Origin: Trichomonas gallinae
Taxonomy: Eukaryota
Length of the DNA stretch: 54,721 nt
Assembly (NCBI GenBank): GCA_008369845.1
Contig: MRSU01008374.1
Span: 1-54,721 of the forward strand
Direction: 5' to 3'
The translations under genes and the position numbers were made by a program. Below the pieces are notes generated by a model. The model saw only the letters and a program-made list of their open reading frames with translations, had not been told where the DNA came from and ran no database searches. How positions within the stretch are numbered: the stretch's first letter is position 1; each line of letters starts with the position of its first letter. Shown one piece after another: positions 19,934 to 31,640 of the stretch.

Positions 19934-21220
19934 ATGAAGAATCGCAGAGCCAGTTCATCCAGATTATTAACATTAACGAGCGAGTTGAACTCTCTGAGCA
20001 ACGAAATCGAAATGTTAGAAAATGATCTCGCGCAGCCTTCTTCTTCTGAAGATGATGATGAATCAAATGAATTCATTGTTACGACGTACGATGACACTCA
20101 CCAGAGCCCTTATGTCGGCAAAGCAGATAAAAACAGGCTCTTTAAAGAGTCCATCGAGATCCTGGAAAAAAGAACACATCAAACTACGAATTTATTCCAG
20201 GATGACGACGAATTCCCAGCACCAAGGAAGAACATTCACATCAAGAATTATAAACCACCGTCAGAAAGAATCGACGAAACAATCCAGAAACGAAATAGAT
20301 TAATTCAACAAGCGAATGAAGAGAAAGAAAGAGAATTCCAGGAAACTTACACATTCAAGCCAAAAATAAATCCGCGAAACAAGAACGAAAGATATTCAAC
20401 AGAACATTTAATTAAGCCAGCAAGACGATCTCAAACGCCAACAACTTCGCAGACACCTAAACGCTACATAAATAAAAATTCAGAGCGAATTGCAGATCGA
20501 GTGGAGTCTGTTCACGGTGATGATTTCTTGAATCGACAATTACGCCGCCAGAGATCGGCAAGTGTCGCAAAATCTGAGATAAGATCACGCAAATTAACAC
20601 CTGATGAACAAAGAGATATAATAGAGAATCTCTCAAGACCTAGAAGACGAAGTGAAACAACAATAATTGAAGAACGACAAGAAACGCCAAGAAAGCGAAG
20701 ATCAGACCCATATACATTCGAGAGACTCGTACAGCAGAGTTTTAGAAGGACAGCAGTAGAAGACGAGCTTCCTGAAGAATCTTTATTTAAACCAGTGATG
20801 AATTCAAGGTCAAGACAAATGACGATGAACAGGAAGACAAATCTTTATGAAGAGTCTCTTAGTTCGATGTCAAAGAGAGATAAAATCGCTGAAGAACAAC
20901 GAAATTGGCAAGAACAACAAGAACTAAGCGAATGCACTTTCAAACCTAAAATTATCAGACGCCATCCTCCTCCACAGCTCTATGAACGTGTTACTGTGCC
21001 TGGAATGGAAGGCCACGTCGAGAGATTAAGGAAGAAGAGAGAAGATGACGAGAAACTTGCAATGGAAATAATGGAAGAAGAATATCCTTCGAGATCTACA
21101 TACAGAAGCTTTGTTTCAAAGCCGTTTTCTTTCGAAAGTCGATCAGGAAGAAGAGATATCAAACAAGAAAGAGAAGTCGACAATATTCTCTCTGAGATCA
21201 ACAAATTACTTGATTTATAA
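19934..21220 (+). CDS. Hypothetical R/E-rich protein with (Y/C)TFKPKI repeats, possibly microtubule/cilium associated
   Basis: 428-aa ORF with ETYTFKPKIN, LFKPVMN and ECTFKPKII repeats separated by charged helices. Confidence 0.75.
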   Translation: MKNRRASSSRLLTLTSELNSLSNEIEMLENDLAQPSSSEDDDESNEFIVTTYDDTHQSPYVGKADKNRLFKESIEILEKRTHQTTNLFQDDDEFPAPRKNIHIKNYKPPSERIDETIQKRNRLIQQANEEKEREFQETYTFKPKINPRNKNERYSTEHLIKPARRSQTPTTSQTPKRYINKNSERIADRVESVHGDDFLNRQLRRQRSASVAKSEIRSRKLTPDEQRDIIENLSRPRRRSETTIIEERQETPRKRRSDPYTFERLVQQSFRRTAVEDELPEESLFKPVMNSRSRQMTMNRKTNLYEESLSSMSKRDKIAEEQRNWQEQQELSECTFKPKIIRRHPPPQLYERVTVPGMEGHVERLRKKREDDEKLAMEIMEEEYPSRSTYRSFVSKPFSFESRSGRRDIKQEREVDNILSEINKLLDL

Positions 21221-21380
21221 TAAATTATGTTTGTATTTGTGTTAACTTATGCTTTTATCGTTGATAATTTTTAATATTTGATAATATTTTTTGATTTTAT
21301 TTGATTTTTCATTGTTTTGGTTATCTATTATTGGAATATGTTTGCAAAAATCATGTTTTGTAGTCATTTTTACAATTGTT

Positions 21381-22727
21381 ATGTACTTTAAAGATGAAGC
21401 AGATGATGATGATAGTCCAAATGAACCAAAAAGCATGGAGCAGAAGGTTAATATTCAAGCTGAAACTGATGAAAAGTTTTGCAATGCAATTGAACAACTT
21501 ATGAATTCATCTAATTATGAAGAAGAAATAGAGCAATTTAGTCAGTTATTTTATAACCAACTACCATCATTTACATTGATAGAAAAGTACAATTTCGTGA
21601 ATTACTTAATAGAAACAGCAAATACGATTTTATCTCAAAATGTTACTGGATATACATGCATTATTTTGGAATATATCACTTTTGCAAACTACAAAGAACT
21701 CAATTATACTCCTATTCTGCAATATATCACTCAATTTCTCAAGATTCATGATCCATATCTACCTTATGCTTTAAATTGCTTCTTAAACATGATGAATTCG
21801 AATTCTATGTTCGAAATTATAAAAAATGAATTCGATTTCAGCATGTTTTGTGCATTGGCTGTGATTGATGAAAACACAGAAATTGATACATTACTAACTA
21901 TCCTTGAAATCATTACGAAATACACGGACCATGAACTTCAGCTGGAACTATCAACAGAATTCTTTAATATTGCTGTTGTTTGCATTGAATCTGGTCATTT
22001 TGAGTTTATTAAGCCTTCTCTGTGGCTAATCTTGAAAATATTCCAAACAACACCCGAAACCCTAAAACTTATTGACTCTTACAGACTGCGTCAACACTTA
22101 ATTGTTAACTTATTCGTTAGAGAAGAATCAATTCTTATTCCTCTCCTTGAAATATTAACACTTTTGTATGATGTTGGATTCAGATTTGAAGAAAGGAATC
22201 AAATAGATCCGGATATATATGAATACAAAGAATTTGTAACATTATTTTTCCATTCTTCAGCGAAAGTCGTTGAAGTCACAACGAATTTAATGCTAAAAAT
22301 ACTTAGAAATGATGATTCCAACTTAAATTTTCTTCGAAAATACAAAGTTTTCGATGAAATTTTCGATTATATAGAATCTGATTCACCTTTCGAGAACAAA
22401 GTCCTAATTATTAGATTTATATGCGAAATACTGATCAATATTAGTATAGAACACTTCAGAAGACTTATTCGCGAAAAAAAATATGCAATTGTTTTCAAAA
22501 TCTGCGATTATCAAAGCAAAGAGCTCGCCATTTACATACTCCCTGTTTTATCGCGTGTTTTTGATGAATCAATCGAATCTGGAAAATTTGATGATTGCAA
22601 GCAAGTTTTTGAAGCAAATGAGGGCTTTGACATGATAGAAGAGTTATATTCCCTATTTCAAGAAGATGAAGCAGAATTGCAAAATATCAGAGCATTTCAA
22701 GAAAAATACGACATGATAACAGAATGA
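21381..22727 (+). CDS. Hypothetical ARM/HEAT-like helical repeat protein
   Basis: Acidic N-terminus followed by amphipathic helical repeats. ATG 21381 is preceded by Inr-like TCATTTT (21364). Confidence 0.75.
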   Translation: MYFKDEADDDDSPNEPKSMEQKVNIQAETDEKFCNAIEQLMNSSNYEEEIEQFSQLFYNQLPSFTLIEKYNFVNYLIETANTILSQNVTGYTCIILEYITFANYKELNYTPILQYITQFLKIHDPYLPYALNCFLNMMNSNSMFEIIKNEFDFSMFCALAVIDENTEIDTLLTILEIITKYTDHELQLELSTEFFNIAVVCIESGHFEFIKPSLWLILKIFQTTPETLKLIDSYRLRQHLIVNLFVREESILIPLLEILTLLYDVGFRFEERNQIDPDIYEYKEFVTLFFHSSAKVVEVTTNLMLKILRNDDSNLNFLRKYKVFDEIFDYIESDSPFENKVLIIRFICEILINISIEHFRRLIREKKYAIVFKICDYQSKELAIYILPVLSRVFDESIESGKFDDCKQVFEANEGFDMIEELYSLFQEDEAELQNIRAFQEKYDMITE

Positions 22728-22761
22728 AAACGATAAAATTTTATAAACAAACAATAATATC

Positions 22762-23781
22762 TCATGGAAATGCCATATCTCTCACAGGATCAAAATATGG
22801 ATGCGCCATAGCTTCAGCAGCTGTAATTCTTTCAGTGTGGTCATAGCGGAGGCACTTATCGAGAAGATCTAAGGCCTCTTCATTGGCCAATGATGCATTT
22901 TCACCGTTGACAAATGACCACCATGGTTTCCTCTTCACTTTTATGAGGTGAACATTCTCGGGAAGTTGTAGTCCATACTTATCTAGGTATTCTATAAGTC
23001 CAGTTGTTCCTAAAACGTTGGAAATTTTTGCAATCATATCAAAATCATCGATTCCTCTGAAAAACGGATGAATTTTGAAAATAAGACTGGCCATAGTAAC
23101 TCCGAAGCTCCAAATATCAATCGAATAATCATATCTTTGGTAATCAAGCAGCAATTCTGGAGGTTTGTAGTATCTTGTGGCAACATGGATCTGATAGTTC
23201 GTATTTGGAAGGTAGAAGTCGGCCAATCCCCAGTCAATCAAGCGCAATTTGTAAGTTTTTTTATCGAATAAAATATTTAAGGGCTTAACATCGCGATGCA
23301 TGATTCCATGTGAGTGAGCGTACTCGAGGGCTCGAAGTAATTGGAATAGGTACACACGAGCTTCAAAATCGGACATTGTTAAGAATAATTCTTGCCATTT
23401 CACTTCAGGTATGTATTCGAATACGAAACTATATTGATTTGTCATTTGTGTGTATACAACATCGTAAAGGTTGACGATATTCGGTCCACCACGTAAATCG
23501 AAAAGAATTTTCGCTTCGCGCAGGTATTTAACATCACGAACAGGCTTTAAAACTTTAATAGCGACGATTTCTCTTCCTTTGTATGCAGTAAATACATCGC
23601 TATACTTTCCAGAGCCTATTCTATCAATTATTTCGTAAGGTTCTGGCGAACCGTGGGGAAGTTGATAGTTTTCGACATCATACCACTCCTTTCCGAGGTT
23701 TTTACACGCATCTACGTATACCTTGGAGACAGTATTCAACAAATATGTTGGGTTTTGTCTCATTACAACCCTCCCACTCAT
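22762..23781 (-). CDS. CK2alpha: Casein kinase II catalytic (alpha) subunit
   Basis: IGSGKYSDVF, VAIKVLKPV, GGPNIV, HGIMHRDVKPLN, LRLIDWGLADFY, VATRYYKPPELL, YDYSIDIWSFG, LRYDHTERITAAEAMAHPYF. Confidence 0.95.
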   Translation of the reverse strand: MSGRVVMRQNPTYLLNTVSKVYVDACKNLGKEWYDVENYQLPHGSPEPYEIIDRIGSGKYSDVFTAYKGREIVAIKVLKPVRDVKYLREAKILFDLRGGPNIVNLYDVVYTQMTNQYSFVFEYIPEVKWQELFLTMSDFEARVYLFQLLRALEYAHSHGIMHRDVKPLNILFDKKTYKLRLIDWGLADFYLPNTNYQIHVATRYYKPPELLLDYQRYDYSIDIWSFGVTMASLIFKIHPFFRGIDDFDMIAKISNVLGTTGLIEYLDKYGLQLPENVHLIKVKRKPWWSFVNGENASLANEEALDLLDKCLRYDHTERITAAEAMAHPYFDPVRDMAFP

Positions 23782-24252
23782 TTTTGTCACTTTTCTTTTG
23801 TTTTTTTCTGAACTTTTTCTGCAAATTTACACCAAAGTCTTTTCTGCAGCAAGTCTATTTATTTCCCTTATATACACACCTAATAGATGGCATTTTCATA
23901 GATAAGAACCTTTAATTAGCTAATTAATTTTATCATTAAAATAATTATTTATCTTTTTGCCATTATTAGCATGACATTAGTTTTTAATGACATTTTACTT
24001 TCTAGTTTTTAAATATAAGCCTTTATTATTTCAATAAATTTTTCGAATTAAAATTATTCATTATTTTTCAATGTTAGAACTCATATATGTCACCTAGTAT
24101 ATCTCACAAGTATATGATATGCATCTAGAGCGTCTAGCTTTTCCACAATTACATTATTAATTTCTTTTGAAAATCTTAAGCGACAATATATTGTGTATTT
24201 ATGCTAAATAACTTATAAAAAACAAAGGTGAGGACACACAAAATCTGACATT

Positions 24253-24402
24253 TGTCAAAAATTCACCAGGTTAATATTCGGCGCCTATTAGCGTGGATGA
24301 TTAGAAAAGAACTAAACTAGTAGGTAAACATGATAGTGTACTATACACCCTAATAGCATGAGAGAAACTAATTCTTATTTATTTGATTTTCTTGTAGAAT
24401 AT
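24253..24402 (+). repeat. Dispersed repeat copy A (inverted relative to 39265-39414)
   Basis: Ungapped hand alignment to the reverse complement of 39265-39414: 122/150 identical. Weaker gapped similarity extends left to about 24150. Confidence 0.9.
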
Positions 24403-24944
24403 TTCTGGATAACTTCATTATTCTAAAATATGACAAATTTGATAATTTCATAGATGATTATTCAACTATTTATTGAATAATTCGTCATTTTCAAGAATAA
24501 ATGTTGATAAGATCATCTTGTTAACGAGTGCAATTAATCTATGAGTATCATACACTTATTAAGACTAAGAGTCGACCAAAGTAAGATTAATTCGACGTCC
24601 CTCCTCTTAATAATATTTTGAAATTTGAAAATTAAAATGTATTTTCTTATTGCATTAAAGATTTCGTTTTTATATGAAATTTTAAGTATATTTTGAAGTA
24701 TATCAATGCCCAAAACCATTGAAATTTTTTTGATTATTCAAATTGCTACGCGAAAATCAATATTTAACAATTTTTGACGAATAATTTATCATATATACAA
24801 TATAAAGGCTCTATATTTGCAATAAAATGAAAAGTTAGTTCACCTTTGTAAAATGTTAAAAATTTGCTATTTTTTGCAAATATATGACTAATTTACGCGT
24901 GTCATAAAGGTTTTAACATTTGAATTAATTTTTTACTTTTTTTT

Positions 24945-27900
24945 ATGAATCCACGCGAACGCTTTCCATTAAATGCATTATCAGATGTTATGTCTTGTAT
25001 CACGTACTTCAACAAGCAAACACTGAGATCATTTAATGAAAAGCTTAAATCGCTGAAAAAAGTTTTGCAATATTCTGACATTTTGACGTTCAATCAATAT
25101 ATCATTGAACACATATCAAAATCTCAGGTTTCTAGGGATATTGCAAACGGTTTACTGTTTCTTATACCATGCAATCCACTCCCTGTTCGTCCAATATTCG
25201 AAGCAATCTACAGAATTCACTTATACAACCGAAAAGCCAGGATAGATAAGGCTATTAGACATCTCAGAAAACTTTTCAGCGAAGAAATTACACAATTAAA
25301 CAAGTTCGGCGCTTTATTCACAACAGAAAAATGCTGCTACATTCATTTTCTCGTTATGGCGAATATTTTTAACATAGCGAGCAAAAATACAAAAATGAGC
25401 ATCATGGCAGGTTTCGTTGCTTTAGCTCCGAATTTTGATAAAAATAATCTTACACATTTGGTTCCTTTCATCTCATCGATAACAACAAACATGTTCTTCC
25501 AATATGTTCGACCTTACTTAGATTCAATGATGCTTCGTTCTCCAGATTCAATTCTTCAATTTCTTCCAGACTTCATTTTACCATTATCTTTCTCGATAAA
25601 TTACTTCCCTAAGCGTACTACTGCTAATTTCGTTGAAACTCTCTGCAGTTTATGCGAATCTCAAAATAATTCTCTCGCAGATCTATGCCAAACAACTTTA
25701 TCGAAAATTGCTACAAGAATTTCACCAAAATGCATGGTGTTCAATTCAAAGTCGATCATAGCTTTCTTCTCTGCCATTGAACCTTCGAAAATTTCAATCG
25801 ATATTTCTTTCCAACTCTTAGATTCAAAACAATTCTCACCATCAGCGCGTATTGAAATTAAGTACTTCCTGAAACGAGCAATTGGTGCAGGAATGAACGA
25901 ATTTTCGATCGATGATTTTATTTTTAATCGAATTTTGCCAGAAAAAGACTACTCATTACTATATTTAATTGCAGATAAATGCAAATCACATACAGAACTC
26001 TTACAAAGCATTAAAAATATCAACGATCCTTATATTACCATCTTAAAGTACAAATTCGACAATACAATCCCCAAAGAATCAGATATATCAGTACTAACAA
26101 CCCCAAAGGCGCTGAAAGAAATGAACAAAATCGAAATGAATGTTTTGACAAATTTATTTTCTTCGCTATACACAACATATCCGGACATTACTGCGCGTGG
26201 ATTAATATCCGCACTATCCATTTCATCATATCCATCCGAGGCTTTCCAGTGTATTAAGAATTGTCTCGTTGAATTTAATCAAGTTTTTATTAATACAGTT
26301 ATTTCATCATTTAGAGCTAGAGGTCCACAAGTATTACGCTCGCTGGATATAAGCCCAGAATTTTTTGATAAATTAAACGTTCAGCAAAAAACATTATTAT
26401 TAATTGCAGGCTATGACATAAATGACGATGATCCTGCATTTGTCCAGAATGTTTTAAGTGTAACTGATGGAGATTGGGGCAAGCAAACAAATCAGATTCT
26501 TGTTAATTTAATTAATCGACCAAACTGTCATATTGAAATAGTTAAAGAGTTGTCAAAAGTACCAATTGATAAGAAGTATCTGCACTGTTATGCAAATATA
26601 ATCAAAACATTCAATGTTGAATCAGATAGAAATCTTATCGAAAGAATCTTCCACAACAAAGGAAATGATAACCTCCCAGAATCATTTATCAGGGATATCT
26701 TAGAAATATTACCTCATTATTCATCATGCGCCAAAGTTCTCTCAAAAGCATTATTTAATTTACAACACATTGAATCTATCAGCCGTGGAATTATCAATTC
26801 ATGCATACCTCTGCAAAGGGTCATCAGAGAATTCGATTTTATTCTATTTCTTCCATTCATGAAGCATTTATTAGCAGAAAAAGACTACATATCGAAAGCG
26901 GCAGCCAGATTGCTTGGCCAGTTCTCATACATCGACTTCGATCACTTATCTTTGTTCTCAAATGTAGTAGATTTTGGTGATGACGAATCAATTGTTAATT
27001 TCATCGTAAAATCAAATCTAGATGATCACACATCAACAGAAATAGCTAAAGTAGTCTCCAGGTCAAGAGAAATGGCAGAAATAGCCATGTCTTGCCTAGA
27101 GGAAAATGAAAAATTCAAACATTCTCTTCCTGTTTGCATATTAACACTTTACGACTTATATTCATTATTTTTACCAGACTTCAAAGAATACTTAGCGTTA
27201 ATGGTTGGCTATAAGCTTGAAAACGACATAGATACAAGCGTAGCAATCGCGAATGCAATTGAAAAAGCTCCGAATTTTGCTGAAAAATTCGACGAAAACA
27301 TCGAACTTTTGCTAAATAACGCGCAGATTTATCCAGGCATCGTTGTGAGAATATTAGCGAATTTAAGCGGATTCAAGACGAATACTTACAAAATCATCAA
27401 AGTTGTTTTCGCGATGAAAATTAATGATTTCGATCCAAACGATTTTAATCAACTGTTGATACCAAAAGTGACACAAAAATATCCTGAAGAAGTTATTGAT
27501 TTTTATTTCTCGAAGCCAAACTTTGAGCACATCCACAAAGACACGTTTAAATGCCTCAAATCTGCTTTTATTAATTCTCGAAGACCTGAGCAACAACTTT
27601 TAGATCTACTGGAAAATTATTTGTCACTTGAATCATCGGACAGAACAATTGCTGCTGTTCTCGATTGCATGGGTGTTTTACAAGCTCAGGCTCCTAAAAT
27701 GATCGTAAAACACGCCACTCATATAGTTGAGGGTGTCGACAAGTACAACATCACTAATGTCGCTTTGCATTTCCATTTCGCGAATATTCCTCACAAAGAG
27801 AATCTCCTCAAAGATTGGATCACTTCACCTAAATCAAAAGTGAACAAAATTGGCTTGGAAACATTCAGGTATATATTTTTAAACGACAATGATAAAGAAC

Positions 27901-30900
27901 TAGCGAACTCTTTATTGCAAGAGTTAGTTAAATACTGTGATAATCCAGATCTATCGATCGTTCAAGCAGCAAACAGCGCGTTAAACACTGCAGCAAGCAC
28001 ATTAGGTATCGATGCATTAGATCAAATCGTTCCTTCGCTTATGAAACTATTGACAACACAAATAACGAGGAGAGCTGAAACGGCAATTATCAATGTATTG
28101 CTTTCTGTTGGAAAGAGATTCCCCGATTTATTCTTGAATCACATAGATAACATTTTCTTGTTAATTACTATAACAGGAATTTCTCAATCAATGGAAACGT
28201 TTTTGAAATTTTTGGAAAAAGTTTTATTCGAAAGTGATTATCCAGCATCAATTAGACTCTCGTTCAACAGCTTGTTAAAGAAAGAAAATCCATCAGATAG
28301 TTTATCACTGATTCTTAGCGAAATTGATGAAATTAATGAATTCCAGAAAATCGTCATAACAGTTTTCCATCTGACAGAAAATTATCTACCAATTTCAGAT
28401 CAAAATCTCAAACTCAAAGCATACCAGATTATATCATTGTTAGACTTACAATCTCCTGAACTCGACAAGGCAATCTATTGGTTCATTTTAATAAGAAACG
28501 ATCCAATGAGATATCAAATCAAAGACCACTTCAGGAATTTCGTTTCAAGATTGTCGCAGGACAAGAAAGAATACGTTTTCAATCAGCTATGGAAAGTTGC
28601 ACAAGAGGCCAGTTCATCTGGCAGCAATGGAACTGCTTTGCTTTTAGGCTGCTTGATTGTCGAAATCAATGATACATCTAAACTTGATTTACTGATTTCT
28701 ACATTGGATAGAACAAATAACATCAGTTTCCAAGAGACATTGTTATCTGCCATCGAGCAATTATACGAGCTCAAGCAGTCATCATTACCTAAATACCACG
28801 TATTGCTCGAAGAATGCATTCTTAAGACGGCTGCATCGGAATCATTACTTCCGAGGATCCAAATAACTTTGCTAAAGATCGGAGATTCGTTGGAAGATAA
28901 ATCGATATCACCTTTCATTTACAACATCATTCTTGAGCTGAGCAACAGGAAGCCATCAATAAGAGAGATGTGTATATCTGTTTTATACGAAATGAACAGA
29001 AAATACGCTTTCATGATGACAAACTATTTGGATGAAAAAGTTTACAAAGCATTAATCACTGCTTTGCATGTTTTTAACAATAACAGACAATTCGACAAAG
29101 TCCACAAAATGTTTACACACATTAAATCAGACGAGTTCAAAGGCCTTTATACATCAAACTGCGATTTCAATTTTTATCTTGGCAGATTCTTGTCTGTGCC
29201 TGAATTAAGCACAATGGTTGTACCCGTTTTAATCTCTATATTCAATGATGACAAATACGTGATTGACGACATCCAAAACATTGTCGAAAAATGGTCGCAC
29301 ATTGCTAATTTCCAAGGATTATTTGAGTCAATTATTGGAAGTTCGGCATTGACATCTTATGGCATGAACATGCTGATTCTCGCTGTAAACAATGTGAACG
29401 GCATTGACGAATTCACAACGAAAGTTTCTGACGTTAGTTCTGACACATACCAGCCTAAAATCATGCTGGACGCTAGCACAATTTCTGATGTTTGTCAAAG
29501 GTTAATCAAAGTTCCAACAAACTGCACAGACAAAGAGACAATTGCGGGAATTTCTTTCATTTATCCATTCCTCATGGCTTTCCACAAGTTTTCGAACCAA
29601 AAGGATTCAATAGAGCTGCAGATGTTCAAAATTTTGGCATCATTGAACGAGATTCTACCAATTATGCCTCCGCGAGCAACATCTCCTCAAATCCCGCATT
29701 CCAAAGTTATGCCGCAGACTGTCGGACGCTCACCAAGCATGTTCTACGGTGAGAGTCCAAATCCCATCACTAGCAACTCAGATCTCGAGCGTTCTTTGAT
29801 CAACAAGACACTGAGAGATGCTTTTGTGAAAGTAGGAACATTATATGCTGGCAAGGAACTTAATTACTATCCACTGAGTGAGATGCTGATGACGGATTTA
29901 TTAAATTATATGTCTGAATACAACGTAGAATTCTTCATTAACGATGACATGCCTTTCGATTTCTTTTCCAGATTCTTCGAATTAATGTTTACAACACAAT
30001 ACGAGCAATACAAGAAATGCGCCGAAACTGTCAACAAAGTTTTGACGAACTTGCCTGACATAGAATACAAATTCGACTTCATTCAAACTATGTCGAAATA
30101 CTTCATTACATTTAAGCCGAAAACTGTCTCTAGAACAAGCATCATCCCGAACGAAATCATCATCACTATTATCGAAAAAATTTTCCTTTCTCCAGAAGGA
30201 AAAGAATATGTTATTCATGCAGCGAATTTCTTCATGGCAACATTCCCTTACATCAAGGAGAATATCAAGGAAGAATATGCCACAAGGATTTGCACATACA
30301 TGCTCTCAGCTTTAGTCAATGATCAAAGCATATCAGATGACGAGAAAATCCCATATTTGGATATTTTCACGGCAATTTCTTACTTCTTCTCTTTCTTCGA
30401 TGAAAGCCTCGGAATTGCTACATTAATGACATGCTTGTATTACATCAAGAGATACAAAGAGATCAGCGACGTAAGATGCGATTTACTTAACATTGTCGAC
30501 AGAATCATTGAAAGCTACAGTAATGCAAATTACGTCATTCTTCTGTTGAGTCAACATTTAGGTCCAAAATGTCCATTTCTCATTCTCGAAGCAATTTCTC
30601 ATGCATTGGGAACAGCAACACTCTCTTTGCCACAGGAGTTCCTTGGAAATCTGTGGAAAGAAGTCAGTGTTTTTTATAACAGGAAATACGAAGATAACAA
30701 ACACTCTCTTTTCCACTTTGTCGCGAAAATTGGTGCGCAAATCATCAATTTGTGCGATTCTAATGATTATTTTGATATCGTTAAGTTATTATTTGAGCCA
30801 TCAGGTTTCGCACTTGATACATCGGTTGTTTCCACTTTCTACTCCAATCTAAGGAAACCAGAAAATTTCGTACACGAAGAAGCGATCAAAACAATCAAGA

Positions 30901-31298
30901 AGGATATTTACGATTCAACAAAAATTATTGAAATTCTACAAATTTCACAGGTTTTGACAGACATCGGCGTTTTGACGAACAAAGAAAGGATGGTTTTCTT
31001 GGTTAGATCGCTGTTTACTAGTGGATACGCTATTCCTATGATGTGCTACCAAGAGCTTCAAAAATTGGCTCCAGAAATCAGAGAGATGGATATAAAAGAT
31101 GCCGGCGTTTTAGTTTCAGGAATTTACTTCGCTTCCACATCTAATTCCAACCCACAACTCAAAGAATTCGCAAGGACAACACTCAGAGAGATTCTTGTGG
31201 CTTCTGGACCAGATAAAGAACGAGCCAAAGCCTTCAAAGAAGAGTATTTCAAGAGCATTGATCAGACACTTCTAGCTGCTCTTAACAAATTCATTTGA
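24945..31298 (+). CDS. Giant HEAT-repeat protein, divergent GCN1-like
   Basis: 2117 aa, all-helical. VRPYLDSMMLRSPDSILQFL resembles GCN1 PTIQKSLLRSPENVIETI. YCDNPDLSIVQAANSALNTAASTLGIDALDQIVPSLMKLL resembles GCN1 FGD...VREAA..A..VMS.LS..GVK.VLPSLL. Confidence 0.6.
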   Translation: MNPRERFPLNALSDVMSCITYFNKQTLRSFNEKLKSLKKVLQYSDILTFNQYIIEHISKSQVSRDIANGLLFLIPCNPLPVRPIFEAIYRIHLYNRKARIDKAIRHLRKLFSEEITQLNKFGALFTTEKCCYIHFLVMANIFNIASKNTKMSIMAGFVALAPNFDKNNLTHLVPFISSITTNMFFQYVRPYLDSMMLRSPDSILQFLPDFILPLSFSINYFPKRTTANFVETLCSLCESQNNSLADLCQTTLSKIATRISPKCMVFNSKSIIAFFSAIEPSKISIDISFQLLDSKQFSPSARIEIKYFLKRAIGAGMNEFSIDDFIFNRILPEKDYSLLYLIADKCKSHTELLQSIKNINDPYITILKYKFDNTIPKESDISVLTTPKALKEMNKIEMNVLTNLFSSLYTTYPDITARGLISALSISSYPSEAFQCIKNCLVEFNQVFINTVISSFRARGPQVLRSLDISPEFFDKLNVQQKTLLLIAGYDINDDDPAFVQNVLSVTDGDWGKQTNQILVNLINRPNCHIEIVKELSKVPIDKKYLHCYANIIKTFNVESDRNLIERIFHNKGNDNLPESFIRDILEILPHYSSCAKVLSKALFNLQHIESISRGIINSCIPLQRVIREFDFILFLPFMKHLLAEKDYISKAAARLLGQFSYIDFDHLSLFSNVVDFGDDESIVNFIVKSNLDDHTSTEIAKVVSRSREMAEIAMSCLEENEKFKHSLPVCILTLYDLYSLFLPDFKEYLALMVGYKLENDIDTSVAIANAIEKAPNFAEKFDENIELLLNNAQIYPGIVVRILANLSGFKTNTYKIIKVVFAMKINDFDPNDFNQLLIPKVTQKYPEEVIDFYFSKPNFEHIHKDTFKCLKSAFINSRRPEQQLLDLLENYLSLESSDRTIAAVLDCMGVLQAQAPKMIVKHATHIVEGVDKYNITNVALHFHFANIPHKENLLKDWITSPKSKVNKIGLETFRYIFLNDNDKELANSLLQELVKYCDNPDLSIVQAANSALNTAASTLGIDALDQIVPSLMKLLTTQITRRAETAIINVLLSVGKRFPDLFLNHIDNIFLLITITGISQSMETFLKFLEKVLFESDYPASIRLSFNSLLKKENPSDSLSLILSEIDEINEFQKIVITVFHLTENYLPISDQNLKLKAYQIISLLDLQSPELDKAIYWFILIRNDPMRYQIKDHFRNFVSRLSQDKKEYVFNQLWKVAQEASSSGSNGTALLLGCLIVEINDTSKLDLLISTLDRTNNISFQETLLSAIEQLYELKQSSLPKYHVLLEECILKTAASESLLPRIQITLLKIGDSLEDKSISPFIYNIILELSNRKPSIREMCISVLYEMNRKYAFMMTNYLDEKVYKALITALHVFNNNRQFDKVHKMFTHIKSDEFKGLYTSNCDFNFYLGRFLSVPELSTMVVPVLISIFNDDKYVIDDIQNIVEKWSHIANFQGLFESIIGSSALTSYGMNMLILAVNNVNGIDEFTTKVSDVSSDTYQPKIMLDASTISDVCQRLIKVPTNCTDKETIAGISFIYPFLMAFHKFSNQKDSIELQMFKILASLNEILPIMPPRATSPQIPHSKVMPQTVGRSPSMFYGESPNPITSNSDLERSLINKTLRDAFVKVGTLYAGKELNYYPLSEMLMTDLLNYMSEYNVEFFINDDMPFDFFSRFFELMFTTQYEQYKKCAETVNKVLTNLPDIEYKFDFIQTMSKYFITFKPKTVSRTSIIPNEIIITIIEKIFLSPEGKEYVIHAANFFMATFPYIKENIKEEYATRICTYMLSALVNDQSISDDEKIPYLDIFTAISYFFSFFDESLGIATLMTCLYYIKRYKEISDVRCDLLNIVDRIIESYSNANYVILLLSQHLGPKCPFLILEAISHALGTATLSLPQEFLGNLWKEVSVFYNRKYEDNKHSLFHFVAKIGAQIINLCDSNDYFDIVKLLFEPSGFALDTSVVSTFYSNLRKPENFVHEEAIKTIKKDIYDSTKIIEILQISQVLTDIGVLTNKERMVFLVRSLFTSGYAIPMMCYQELQKLAPEIREMDIKDAGVLVSGIYFASTSNSNPQLKEFARTTLREILVASGPDKERAKAFKEEYFKSIDQTLLAALNKFI

Positions 31299-31640
31299 TT
31301 TTTTAATTTATATTATTTTTTTTGTATTATTTATATTTGTAAACCGGTTTATTAATGTTTATATCAATAAAACTCATTCTGTCCTTGAAGAAATCACTTT
31401 GTAAATTACAAAACAATTCCGAAAACATTAACTTTAAAATTGAAACATCATATTTATACAGTAGCATATCCACATTATCGGGATGTTATGATTCAGATGA
31501 ATCATGAATGTACCGACTTCTTTATCAACAATTGAATTAACTTTTCATATGATTCGATTTTGATTTGATATGATAATAATGCATTATAATGACGCATATA
31601 ATTTTTGCTAAAATTTTCAACATTAAAGAACATCCAAAAA

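Noticed and set aside
23871..23889. Short echo (TATACACACCTAATAGATG) of the core of the inverted repeat
   Set aside because: About 19 bp with differences; flanks do not align, so it cannot be called a third copy.
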